From: Camelus dromedarius
Taxonomy: Eukaryota
NCBI RefSeq assembly: GCF_036321535.1
Contig: NC_087436.1
Coordinates: forward strand, 87,732,001 to 87,796,000
DNA: 64,000 bases
Direction of reading: 5' to 3'
Shown here: positions 40,271 to 52,041 of the stretch, one piece after another
How the letters are laid out: each line of letters opens with the position of its first letter
Position numbering within the stretch: the first letter of the stretch is position 1
Notes under the pieces: generated by a model
Database searches by the model: none
Seen by the model: only the letters and a program-made list of their open reading frames with translations
Told to the model about the DNA's origin: nothing
Position numbers and translations under genes: made by a program

Positions 40271-43200
40271 TTTCGGGCAGCTCACACCCCGCTCGCCGCC
40301 CAGGCTCCCGCGCTCGCCTCGCGGTACCCCCACCGGCTCGCCGCACCTCGGCTGGGAGCAGAGGACTCGCCGCCAGGCACTCCCGGCCCGCCCACCTCGC
40401 CTCCTCCATTGGCTGAACCTTGGCTCAGGGACCGCCCCTACGCGTCTTTCATTTGACAAAAAGAGTGCGGAGAGCGCCGGCCTGGAGCTGGCAAAGAGGC
40501 CCCGCCGCCTGAGGTCCAATGTGATTGGTCCTGGCTCCTCGTCTCCGTAACGCCCCTGGCGGAGGCCACGCTCTGAGATAGTCTGTTGGGCCCGGGCGCT
40601 GTCACTCAGCCCTGGGGGTCCGAGAGCGCGTGTAGGGGCGAGGCTGGGGAATTGGTCCACCTTGACCCTGAAGCCCCGCCCTGTGGCGGGCGGGATTGGT
40701 GGATCTGGAGACCAACCGAGAAAGATGGGTCGGTGTCTGAAACAAAGCACGCGAAGTGTTTCCCCAAGAACCGAGAAGAGGAAGAGCAGTTGGGGCAGCT
40801 AGTATCCCGCTGCACGGAGTAGGGGAATCAGCTCTTCCCTCGCGCCTGGCGCGACGCATCGGGGTCCCCTGCTTGTCTCGCACGGCTCCGACCGTCTCTC
40901 TGCAGGAGCCCAGTCTGCGCCGAACCTGGACTGGGACTTCTCTTGCTGTTTCCTACAGCTAGAAACTGGGTACAGAATCGCCGTGTCTTCATTTCCAGCA
41001 AACCCTCCGGTGAGGAACAAATTCTTCCTTGTACAACAATCCATCCTCTCCCCGTTGAAGAAATGCATTTCTTTTCCAGAGTCAACACACTTCTTCCTCC
41101 TTCGTCACAAATGGTCTGTTCTAAAAGCTTCGAATGCTGCATTGTCGGTGATATACATATGTGCTCCCCTAGACCGCATGCAGGAAACCCAGGGCCACGC
41201 TCTGAGCTTCGGGCTCAGTCTAGCACGTCAGCAAGTCCAGGGGCTAGGTCACCAGCCCTCAAAGGACACTTAGCGTAAGCTAAATGAACCTAAGTCACTG
41301 AACGCTAAGAAGCGGTCCAGAAAACAAAACTGGCTATTATTTGGCAGAAGAAGGCTTTAATTTAGGTGAAGTCTTCTAACCATTGAGTTTCCCAAGTCAA
41401 GAATTCGTACCATTTTCTTGAGTTCTGACCAGTTCTTTTTTGAAGTCTTTCAAACCAAGTCATCACACTCACCATATTTTTGTAGTAGAATAATATTTTG
41501 AGATATTAATGGAGGACTGCCCTCTCCTATTCCTATCTCAACTACAACACACATACACCACTTCTCTGTATCCCCAAGCCCTGCCCCATCCCGCAGCCAG
41601 GGCATTCCACCGTCCTGCCTTAGCGAATGGATGACACCACAAACAACTGGTAACAACACAGTCGTTTTGGTTTTAGACTTATACAGCGAAAGGCTTTTGA
41701 GTTTCAGGGTTCTGAAATTTAGGTTTCAAATCAAGGCATAAATGTTACAGCCAAAAACAAGAAGTTTGAAAGAACAAGATGAAACCAGTTCCTCTGTCCC
41801 TCACCCCTCCCCTTGTAATATACTCCATCCCTCTTAATCCCTAATGTCTCATTGATAAGTTACATCCTTCTAATTTTATATCTATCATATTTCCATCATT
41901 CAAACACTATGAATCACTTCATCTAATCATAGAATCTCAGACTTGAACCTGAATGTATCTACTTCAGGTTCAATTCAGACAAGAATCTCATCATTGGTGA
42001 CCTTTAACCTGACAGCATCAGCTGGGCCCTACCTTTAGACTCTGAAATAGGCAATTCCTCTTTGGGCAGATTTAATTGGAAGAATGTCTGTCCTTAGTCT
42101 GAGCAGAAAAGCTGCTCCTGCATTCTTTATTCCATTTATGTTTTCAACCCATTCTACCTCTAGGGAATAATTATATATAGTTTATCTAAGTTCATAATAT
42201 TTTGTATATGTAATTTTTGTGTGGCTTGTTACTGCTTATCATGGTACTTCAAGGGCTGAGACACATGTTATTTTGCACAGGAATGGACTTGCTTCTTGAC
42301 ACCTCTAAATTAAAATAAAGTCACAGTTAATTTGCTTTTGGTAGTCATTTGCTATATATATATTTATTTATTTGCAGCAGACTGTATAATAATGTATATA
42401 ATGGTAATCTGCATGAGGGACCTGCCAGCTCCTTTGCCCCAGCACCCAACACTCCACTGGCCCATGGTGTCCATAAAAGTTTATAGAGTATACAACCTTT
42501 GTTATTTTCCAGCATCACTTTCAGTTGGGTCGGTATGATTATTTTCAAATAAAAAACAGATTTCAAGAGTAATTTGCACAGATCTTTGTAGTGAGTCACC
42601 TATAGCCTGAGGATTGAGAGGCAAAGGTCATAAGTCTGTTAAGCCTCCCTGCTTTATGGAAAATAAAGCAGGTATAATTAAGTGACTACATAGTATTCTG
42701 CACATATTACCCTGTTATTTTAATAATCCACAAGATTATAAACCTTTGAGGGTAGGAATCCTGTTATATTTATGTTTATGTCCCTAGTACCTAGTACAGT
42801 GCTTTCAAATAGTAGGCACTAGTTAACTCTTCCTTAAAGTGAACTGAATGTTGACTGTAAGGTGTCATTTTAGATCTGGAAGGAACCTTGGAGATTATCA
42901 AATCCAGCCTCCTCATTTTAAGAATATGATACATGAGGTCCAAAAGGGTTAAATGTGAAGTCCAAGTCGCCCAGCTAGTTAATAACAAAGCATTATTTAA
43001 ACGCAAATTTCCCAATTCCTATACCCTGCACCACACTGTCCAATAGCAAAGCTTCAAATTCCAAAGATGGGTAAACTACTACTGTCCCTTTCCAGTTGCA
43101 AGTTACGTCAATCTCCACATTCTAACTTCAGAGCTGGAATATTGCCTTCTTTTTTATGAAGTTCAATAAGGAATTGTTTTCAATTTATAGTAAATTTCCA

Positions 43201-45060
43201 TTTTTTCTCACTGGTAGCATTCCCAAATAATTTGATTCCTGTAGGGATGTTTACTGAGATAATAATGTTACACTTCAGTGCATTTATATTCAGATCCTTG
43301 GAGAAAACAGTTAATAATTGTCTTGGGGCTGTGGTGGGTAGAGCTATTTGGGAATGCAGTCTCTCTGCCATACTGCTTCACCCAGTTACTGCTTTAAGGT
43401 AATATTAAAGCAAGGTACTTTGTGTCAACTGAAACCTAATTTAATTGGAATTTTTCTGTTTTATTTGTTGTACAATACTGATTTTAATCATATATTTTAA
43501 ACACCTTAGGCCTAGATTAAAATTTGTTATGGAAAAGTCTAGTGAGAGAAAGAACAACAGTGCTCCTTAATAAAATTTCCCCCAATTTCCACACATCCCA
43601 CTTTTCCTGCATGTGTTGGGGTTGCAGAATGGAGAATGGTGTAGTCCTCAAGCCTGAAATAAGGTTGGGCCTGCTCAGACAGATAGATAAATGTGCCCAT
43701 ATGAGATTTGAAAAGAATGAGAAAACACACTGCAGGGAGGAATTAATTCACCCTCAGATTACAGAGAGAAGGCGTAGAACTCTCCAAGTTACAAAAGTGC
43801 AGCTAAGTGGGTTTCCAGAACATGGGGGAAAATAAATATATGCATAGAGATACAGGATGGTTTATTTCTCCAAACTCATAACCAACTGAGTTTGTTGACC
43901 CAAATGATGAAAACTTTTTTGAGTGTTTCCAGTGTGATATGCTCCACTCTTACAGTGCTTTGCTTGTTAATTATTCCACCTAACTTCACAACACCCCGAT
44001 GGGGTACTAATATTATCCCCAATTTACAGATAAGTTAACTGAGGCTGGGAGACCTTAAGGAACTTGCCACTCCACTAATAAGTAATAGTGCCCCTAAGTT
44101 GCCAAACTCCCTGTGATATAATGTTCCCAGGCTGGACTTCAGTTCTCTCTCTTCTTAATCAAGTTAATATATGCCCTACATACCTGAGAGTTCTACTTAT
44201 AAGGATATAATAATATGGATATAAATGTACTTTTAAAAGAGTATGTGAAATCTGGCCTCTTTGTAAAGTTGAATATCTAGCCACTCAAACTGCCTTTGTA
44301 GGTGTATATTATGAAAGATATGAGTCAGAAAGATTATTTCCAGGTTACTACATTTTATCTATTTTATCCTTTTATCTTATTTCAAAAGCAGCTATCTATT
44401 TCATGGTATATTATCAATAAGATTATTTATCCCAAGGATCTAATGAGGTTCTGCTGAATGTAATAAAATCTCTACCCTGTTATATCAGTGGGAGGGGGCA
44501 GCCTCTTCAGCTTACTGGAATTAACCTTTTAACCACTGAGGCCTGTGTTATTGGGAACCAGTTTCAGCTTTTAATTTTAATTACATGTCACTGTAATGTG
44601 TTCCTTCTCACATATATACATAGAACAATTTTGTAAATAACCACTTGCTGGATGCTGCTAAGGTAATACAACTGTTGGTTTCATTTTTCAATACCTCCAT
44701 GTAGTCAGGTCCCAATTATCAGGTTAAAGGAAAAAGCATAGAAGTAGTCAGTTTCCTCATGGTCACCAAAAAGGACAGTCCCTCCTTAAGACTGGTAGTA
44801 ATTGACAAGCCAAAAATACGTCATCATTTGCCTTCTGTCTTGCTTTACTGCTTTTTCGTTCATCAGCTTCCTTTTCCCCTGCCTTTCTTACACCTGAGGT
44901 CAGGACACTGTTAAACACAAGCAAGCAGCCCCTTTACAATCACTGCATGTTACTTCATAGAACCGATGTACTCCTGTCATGTGGGCTTAAAATGCACATT
45001 CAAGAGACTTCCATTTCTTAATCAGCCTCTACTGGGGCTGGAACGTGCCTCCCAATATTT

Positions 45061-45085
45061 AAAAAAAAAAAAAAAAAAAAAAAAA
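45061..45085 (+). repeat. Poly(A) tract (25 nt)
   Basis: Direct read. Confidence 0.95.
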
Positions 45086-45169
45086 CCTTAACAGATGGAA
45101 CTTTATGGAACCACCTCTACATTGGACATTATTTTAGCCTTGGGAGCCCTTTTGCCATTTTTTCCTGAA

Positions 45170-45395
45170 CAGAATGTAGGCTTTCTGGAGTCAGATGGCC
45201 TGGATTAAAATCCTGTGGTCCCACCACTTTAAAAGACATTTCTTCACACCTCTCTGTCTTGGTTTCCTCATTTGCAAAATAGTGAAAATAGTAGGACCTA
45301 CCTCATAGGAATGTGATGAGAAGTAAATGAATGAATAAACACAAGTAAAGCGCTTAAAAGTACCTGGCATGTAGTAATGCTGAATAAATGTTATC
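45170..45395 (+). mobile_element. MIR SINE
   Basis: ctggagtcagatggcctgg...ggtttcctcatttgcaaaat...gtacctggcatgtagtaatgctgaataaatg. Confidence 0.8.
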
Positions 45396-48300
45396 TGCTT
45401 TGGTCAGTGTGACACTCTAAGGACTCCCCACGTTCTAGAATAAACTCTTCCCTCTCACATCCAGCTTGTCATTCCAAGTCTGTCTTTCCCTGTAAGCTAG
45501 TCCCTGACTCCACAGTCGCTGTGTTCTATTAACTGGGCTTCCTTCCTCCCTTCTAGAGTTTACGGTGAACACCGAGTTAGCATACAAAAGTGTCCTTTAC
45601 CAGTGTGAAATTACCCTAGTTTGGAACTGGCATGTGAGACTTTACACAGTAAAGAAAAAAAAAATCAATGCCCGTCATTCAAACTCTCTGGAAACTTGCT
45701 TAATGAAAACTGATTGATACTGGAAGTTCAAGTGGATATAGGAAATGCCTGTGACTATAGAAAGACAGCACCCTAAACAAGTAATCAGTTACGGGGGATT
45801 CTGCATGAAGAGAGACACATTTTGGGTTCCCATAATGAATAATTTCTCTTCCTTAACTTTGATGTAATACTGCCTCTCCCCGAGAGCCACAGTTACTGAT
45901 AGAAACAATTTAAAATCTGCTATACTAGAGACACAGGCAAAATATCTTTAAGTATTACCCTTGGGCCAGCCTGAATTAAAACTCAAATCCTACCTACTAC
46001 TTAAATGCTTGAAGAGGCATTAAACTTGTCTGAGCCTCAGTTCCATCATCTATAAAAATGGGAGTAATATCTTCAAGGGATAAATAAGAGCTAAATAAGA
46101 TAAAATATGTAAAAGCATTTATAAAAGTAGGAGGGAAGCAGGAATCAATGTGTGAGCATCAACTCTGTGATGTGGCCATGTATTTCTGTGTGAATCTAAT
46201 GTAATCTTGGGAGGTGCAGTTGGCTAATTTTTATGTTTGGGACTATTTGAAGTAACAATGAGCCTGTATTTTTAAATTTCTAGAAGATCCTTTTTCCTTT
46301 ATAAAGCAGCCGTCTTAGACATCTCTCAGAAAAGCTAAGAATTATTCAGTTACACTGAAATTTGACATCAGTGTTTCAATTTTGACTTCATTTAGTAACA
46401 ATTTTTTTTGCCTGTCCTAGATATAGAGGAAATTTCATTTATTTTTTGAATTATTTCTAACCTCCAAGATTTCTTGACATATGACTATTACTGTAGCATT
46501 AATAAGCCTTTTTTTTTTCCTGCTAATCTTTTTCTGCAGCACAACCATAACATGCTTATACTGACACTTTTCTTTTTTATCCAGGGCCTTTTATTTCACA
46601 GAAATCACACCTGCCTAGGGATTTAACAGAATATTTGAATAAAAATGTATTCATTCATTACCACATGTTCTTCTCTGAATTGGGTGTTTTCACTTTAATC
46701 GCATTGAGCTAATCAAGCCCTAATGATGTCACATTAAATTCAATCTCAGAAGGTGTAATTTTCCAATAGAATCTAAACAATTCATGACCTTTATAGTGAC
46801 TTTCATAAATATGGCTTTGTTGCAGTTACTCCAGCTCGCAGGGGATGGACAGAAAGAATAACCATTTTACTTGGACAATGGCTTCTGTGTGTTGTCAGGC
46901 TCTCCATTTCTCCTCGCCTTTCCTAGCCTGCTTCCATGAATACAGTGTCTTTTTAACATCCCTCTCAGGGCAGTACAGGAGGCCCCATCCATCTCCAGAC
47001 GTCGTGGCTGCAGAGGAGCCGAGCATCTCATTATGGCAAAGTGAAGCATGCTGGGAGAGTGGATGGAGACGCAGACAGCAATAGGGGATGCGGGAGGGAA
47101 GAGGGGGCGGGTGCTGTGGAAAATATATGCTCACTTCCCTGGTGATGATAACACGTTATGGAAGTAAGAACTTCCTGTTTTAGAGAGGGAGAGGACGTAA
47201 GATGTCAAAAACCCGTGACTAAGCAGATTCCAGCTCCTACAACCTGGTTACACCTGCCTCAGCTACCTCACAGCTCCTGACGGTCACACCTGAACGCCCA
47301 GTTGAGGCTACCACAGGAGCCATGTTGGTGGGAAAGAAAGCAATGAATCCAAACATTTAAAGAAAAAAAAAACAATCTGTGGTTCCAAAATAGAAACAGA
47401 AAAGAATTTGGAGACATGCACACATGCAAACCTCTAACTTAAGAAGTTGAAAACTATTTTCTTCCAACTAAACTGAAGGCTTCCGTTTTCCTTTATTCCA
47501 CTGCCTTAGCCAAAATAGGTTAAAGCAAATATCCTGAACATTTTGGGAATCACAGACTCCCTTTAAGAATCAATGAAAATGAGGATTCTCTGTCAAAGGC
47601 CTGAAATCTACCTGCACTCACACCGTCACCCCCTAAATTAAGAATTCCTAGTTAGAGATTCATTTGAGTTTACAAGTATTTCCTTTTAAAAACCCAGGCA
47701 CCTTAGGGACTAGTCCGTGGCTGTCAGTGATTTCATTAGTGAGAGATGAGTTCCACGCTGTTAGGTCTCCTCGAGGCAGGCTGACTTCTGAGTCTTGGCT
47801 CAGATAACGGGAAGCTTGTGCAGGGAGGGGTGGGTGAGGTAAGCGGTTCCACGCTGTGGAGCAGTGGGGAGGACAAGGCATGGCTCTAGAGGAACAGCAT
47901 TTTCAAGACAGTGTGAAAGTATCAGACATAGAGCAAGAGAGGGGTGGTGCTCTCTGGAGAGGAGATGCCAGAAATAAACTGCATCTCTTCCCAGGTTTTG
48001 CTCACCTCCAGTTCCAAACTGGGTTGCAGTCAAAAATGCTCTTTCGGCAGCAACCCACGCCCGGACTCTGGGCCGGGCCCAGAGTCCCCCTGTGCCTTCT
48101 CTCTCGTTTGAGTGTTTCCCGCCTTGTCCGGACCCCGGGCACTGATCCCTTCTGGCTGAGCTCTAGGCTTCCCAGCCTCCTGCCCCCATCCCTCTGTCTG
48201 GTCGGTTTATCCCGAAAGCCCAACCTTGAGCCCCTACAACTGCTTCCGTTTTATTCTTCATCTTTCCATCTCACAGTCACTTTTTCTGGCTTTGAAGCTC

Positions 48301-48399
48301 TATCACCACAACCTTAGTCTGCTCTAAGTCACCATTCAAATTTTATAACTTCAGCTTTGGGAAGCATTTCAAATTCACAGACAATAGATTGGGGAAGAT

Positions 48400-48640
48400 A
48401 AATATTGGCAAATACTTAAGTACCACTCACTTGGCACTGGGAGCTCGTATTAACTCATTTAACCCTCCCAACAGTCCCAGGAGGTAGAAACTTTCGTTAA
48501 ATTCATTTTACAGGTGAGGAGACTGAGGCACAGTAGGTCAAGCAACTGGCCCAAGGTTACACAGCTTGAGTGGCGGAACCAGGAGAACTAAACCCACGCC
48601 GGCTGGCTTGGAATCTGTGTATTTAAACACTATGCTATAC
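48400..48640 (-). mobile_element. MIR SINE
   Basis: aactcatttaaccctccc...cattttacaggtgaggagactgaggcacag...cccaaggttacacagc. Confidence 0.85.
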
Positions 48641-49454
48641 TGCAACTTTGTATAACATTTTACAGGGGGCCTGTTTATCCACCCCATCCCTCCTCATCCA
48701 ACACACACTCTAGGGCCTTCCATGTAGAAGCTGCACCTGTTTTTCTAGCACCAGTAGGCAGTCACACCCCACATAGTTCTAGGAGTCCAGGCAAGTCCTG
48801 TATGCTCTCTGTCCATCATTAGTGGTAATATGAAACGTGGTTTCCCCAATTCTAGGGTATGGAATTTTCTTCTCCTCCTTGTTAATCAGATTAAAGGGTC
48901 CAGCAACAGGACTACACTTTGGGGTGTGTGAGAGCAAGGCTCAAAATAGTGTTATAGGCAACGTGCCTTTCAAGGATGGCCACTGACCCGGGCTCCACAC
49001 TGTGCCACCTGTCCTCCTCCTGCCACTTCCCCTTAGAAGCCTTCTCTCCCTCATCAAGGCACCCCCACCCCAGGTGCCCAGAGCTCTCATCGTGGTGCCT
49101 GCTGGATGATCCTCCTGGGCGGACTGCTCCCACTTTCTAGATGAAGCTCATCCTTAGGGACTGAAGGCAAACCTCGCTGTTCCACAATAGGAACAAGATT
49201 GACAAAGACTGAACTGAGCTTAAACCACATCCTTAAGGAAAACTACAGAGGGCCTACTTGAAAAATCAGAAGGGGAACAGACAGGTGCCAAGAAGTTATT
49301 GTACTTAATGATCATGGGAAGGGTTTAGGACCAGTTGTGTTTGGAAGAGCCTCGTGCCAGTTTTGCATCATGAAGGGGAGATATATCTTTCTTCCCTGCC
49401 TCCCACTATTGGAGCAAAACTTTCCCCACCCCTCACCAGCACACATGCAAAGTA

Positions 49455-52041
49455 CGGTTGTACCTTGAAATACACAGGGGTTGGGGATGCCAGTGCCTCT
49501 GCAGTCGACAATTTGCATATAACTTTTGACCCCCTCAAAACTTAACTAATAATCTACTGTTGACGAGAAGCCTTACTGATTATATAAACAGTTGATTAAC
49601 ATATTTTGCATATTGTATGTATTGTATACTGTATTCTAATAATAAAGTAAGCTAGAGAAAAGAAAATATTATTAAGAAAATCATAAGAGAAAATACATTT
49701 ACAGTACTGTATTGATGCTGTAAGTTTATGCCATTTGTTAGTACCTATATCAGTACTGTCTTATATAACACAAAACACTGTGGACACTATATATATTACT
49801 AACACTTGTCATCAAAAGTGAAAAGATAATGTGAAAAAGAAATTCATATTTATTTACAGGTATAACGACTCATGCATTGATAACAGAGAAGCAGCAATAC
49901 AATTGTTTTATGGTTGCCTAATATAATTGGTATAATTGCTTCCCAGTAGCCTAGCCTATACACTAATGAATGAATCATTATAAAAATTTTATGGCATGTA
50001 GGATCATAGTCATATTCATAATACAGTGTTGAACAAAAGACCCAGAATTGCCAAAGCAATACTGAAGAAAAAGAATGAAACTGGAGGAATAATCTTCCCA
50101 GACTTCAGACAATACTACAGAGCTACAGTAATCAAAACAGTGTGGTATTGGCACAAAAACAGATATATAGAACAGAACAGAGAACCCAGAAATAAACCCC
50201 TCACACCTACAGTCAATTAATCTTTGACAAAGGAGGCAAGAATATACAATGAAGAAAAGACAGTCTCTTCAGCAAGTGTTGTTGGGAAAGCTGGACAGCC
50301 ACATGTAAATCAATGAAGTTAGAACACTCCCTCACACCATACACAAAAATAAACTCAAAATGGATCAAAGACTTAAACACTATAAACCTCCTAGAAGAAA
50401 AGAGGTAAAACATTCTCTGACATAAATCTTAGCAATGTTCTCCTAGGGCAGTCTACCCAGGCAATAGCAATAAAAGCAAAAATAAGCAAATGGGACAGAA
50501 TCAAACTTACAAGCTTTTGCACAGCAAAGGAAACCATAAGCAAAACAAAAAGACAACCTACAGACTGGGAGAAAATATTTGCAAATGGTGCAACTGACAA
50601 AGATTTAATTTCCAGAATATATAAACAGCTCATACAACTTAATAACAAAAAAACAAACAACCCAATCCAAAAATGAACAGAAGACCTAAACAAGCATTTC
50701 TCCAATGAAGACATATAAATGGCCAATAGGCACATGAAAAAATGCTCAATATCACTAATTATCAGAAAAATGAAAATCAAAACTATGAGGTATCACCTCA
50801 CACTGGTCAGAATGGCCATCAAAAAGGTCCACAAATGAGAGGGTGTGGAGAAAAGGGAACCTTCCTACACTGTTGGTAGGAATGTAGTTTGGTGCAGCCA
50901 TAATGGAAAACAGTATGGAGGTCCCTTAAAAAACTAAAAATAGATTTATCATATGATCCGGCAATCCCATTCCTGGGCATATATCCAGAGGAAACTAATT
51001 TGAAAAGATACATGCTCCCCAGTGTTCATAGAAGCACTGTTTACAATAGCCAAGACATGGAAACAACCTAAATGTCCATCAACAGATGACTGGATAAAAA
51101 AGCTGTGGTATATTTATACAATGGAATACTACTCAGCCATAAAAAATAATAAAATAATGCCATTTGCAGCAACGTGGATGGACCTGGAGATTATCATACT
51201 AAGTGAATTAAGCCAGACAGAGAAAGAAAATACCATGTGATATCACTTATATGTGGAATCTTTTAAAAAAAGACAAATTAACTTATTTACAAAACAGAAA
51301 CAGACTCATAGAAAACAAACTATGGTTACCAGCAGGGTGAGAGGGAGGGAAGGGATAAATTGGGAGGTCAAGATTTGCAGATACTAACTACTATATATAA
51401 AATAGATAAACAAAAAAAATTTTTTTTCATTTTCAGAAATAGATAAATAACAAGTTTACACTGTATAGCACAGGGAACCATTCAATATCTTGTAGTAACC
51501 TATAACGAAAAAGAATATGAACAGGAATATAGGTATGAACATATATGATTGAAACATTATGCTGTACACCATAAATTGACACAACATTGTAAACTGACTA
51601 TACTTCAATTAAAAAAGAATAATAATACAATGTTGGAAACCTTGTTTTTTTTTTTAAAAAACCACTCAGCTAGTGTGCAGAGCATGCAGTGACAGGTGCA
51701 GGGTGGGAGGGGATGGCAGCATGGCTGGCAGTGGCATTAAAAAAAACCCTGCTTACCTGTGTGATCATAGGCTGATACACAGTTTCACCAATTATGAGAG
51801 AGAGAAGCATATTGCATGGTAATGTCATTCTTTGAAAGCAAAGTTATAAAACAGTAAGCAAACTAGCACATTATTAATTTTATATTAAATATCACTCACC
51901 TTATGCCTATGTAAGGATAGGCTATCCACTTCAACACAAATCTTGCACACGATGTTCTTCATGTGTATTTTTGTATATTTATTGAAAAAATCTGCATATA
52001 AGTGGACCAACATGGTTCAAACCATGTTCAAGGGTCAACTG
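49455..52041. mobile_element. Tigger2-family non-autonomous element (about 1 kb) split by an L1
   Basis: TIRs CGGTTGTACCTTGAA / TTCAAGGGTCAACTG flanked by TA; internal text matches the recalled Tigger2 (ataacttttgac...aaaacttaacta...gctagagaaaagaaaat). Confidence 0.85.
50032..51621 (+). mobile_element. 5'-truncated L1 (ORF2 C-terminal region plus 3' UTR), decayed
   Basis: Broken ORF2 peptides ([59 protein letters not shown]...WMDLE); A-rich tail; 14-bp TSD with one mismatch. Confidence 0.92.

Larger units (their letters stand above)
38550..41000. promoter_or_regulatory. CpG island / DCUN1D4 promoter
   Basis: Very high GC and CpG density around exons 1 and 1b; GC boxes (CCCCGCCCC near 39163, 39202, 39752); CCAAT/ATTGG at 40408, 40516, 40524, 40651, 40695; no clear TATA box. 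Confidence 0.9.

Noticed and set aside
40516..40534. ER-stress element (CCAAT-N9-CCACG)
   Set aside because: The sequence reads CCAAT-N9-CCTGG, which does not match the ATF6 half-site.
38207..41278. Long overlapping ORFs (234, 248, 170, 151 aa and others) around the promoter
   Set aside because: Pro/Arg/Gly/Ala-rich frames are expected in stop-poor CpG-island DNA; only the 25-nt exon 1 and exon 1b have splice and homology support.
50026..51240. L1 ORF2 peptides as an active element
   Set aside because: 5'-truncated, with frameshifts and stops, and lacking the endonuclease and RT core.
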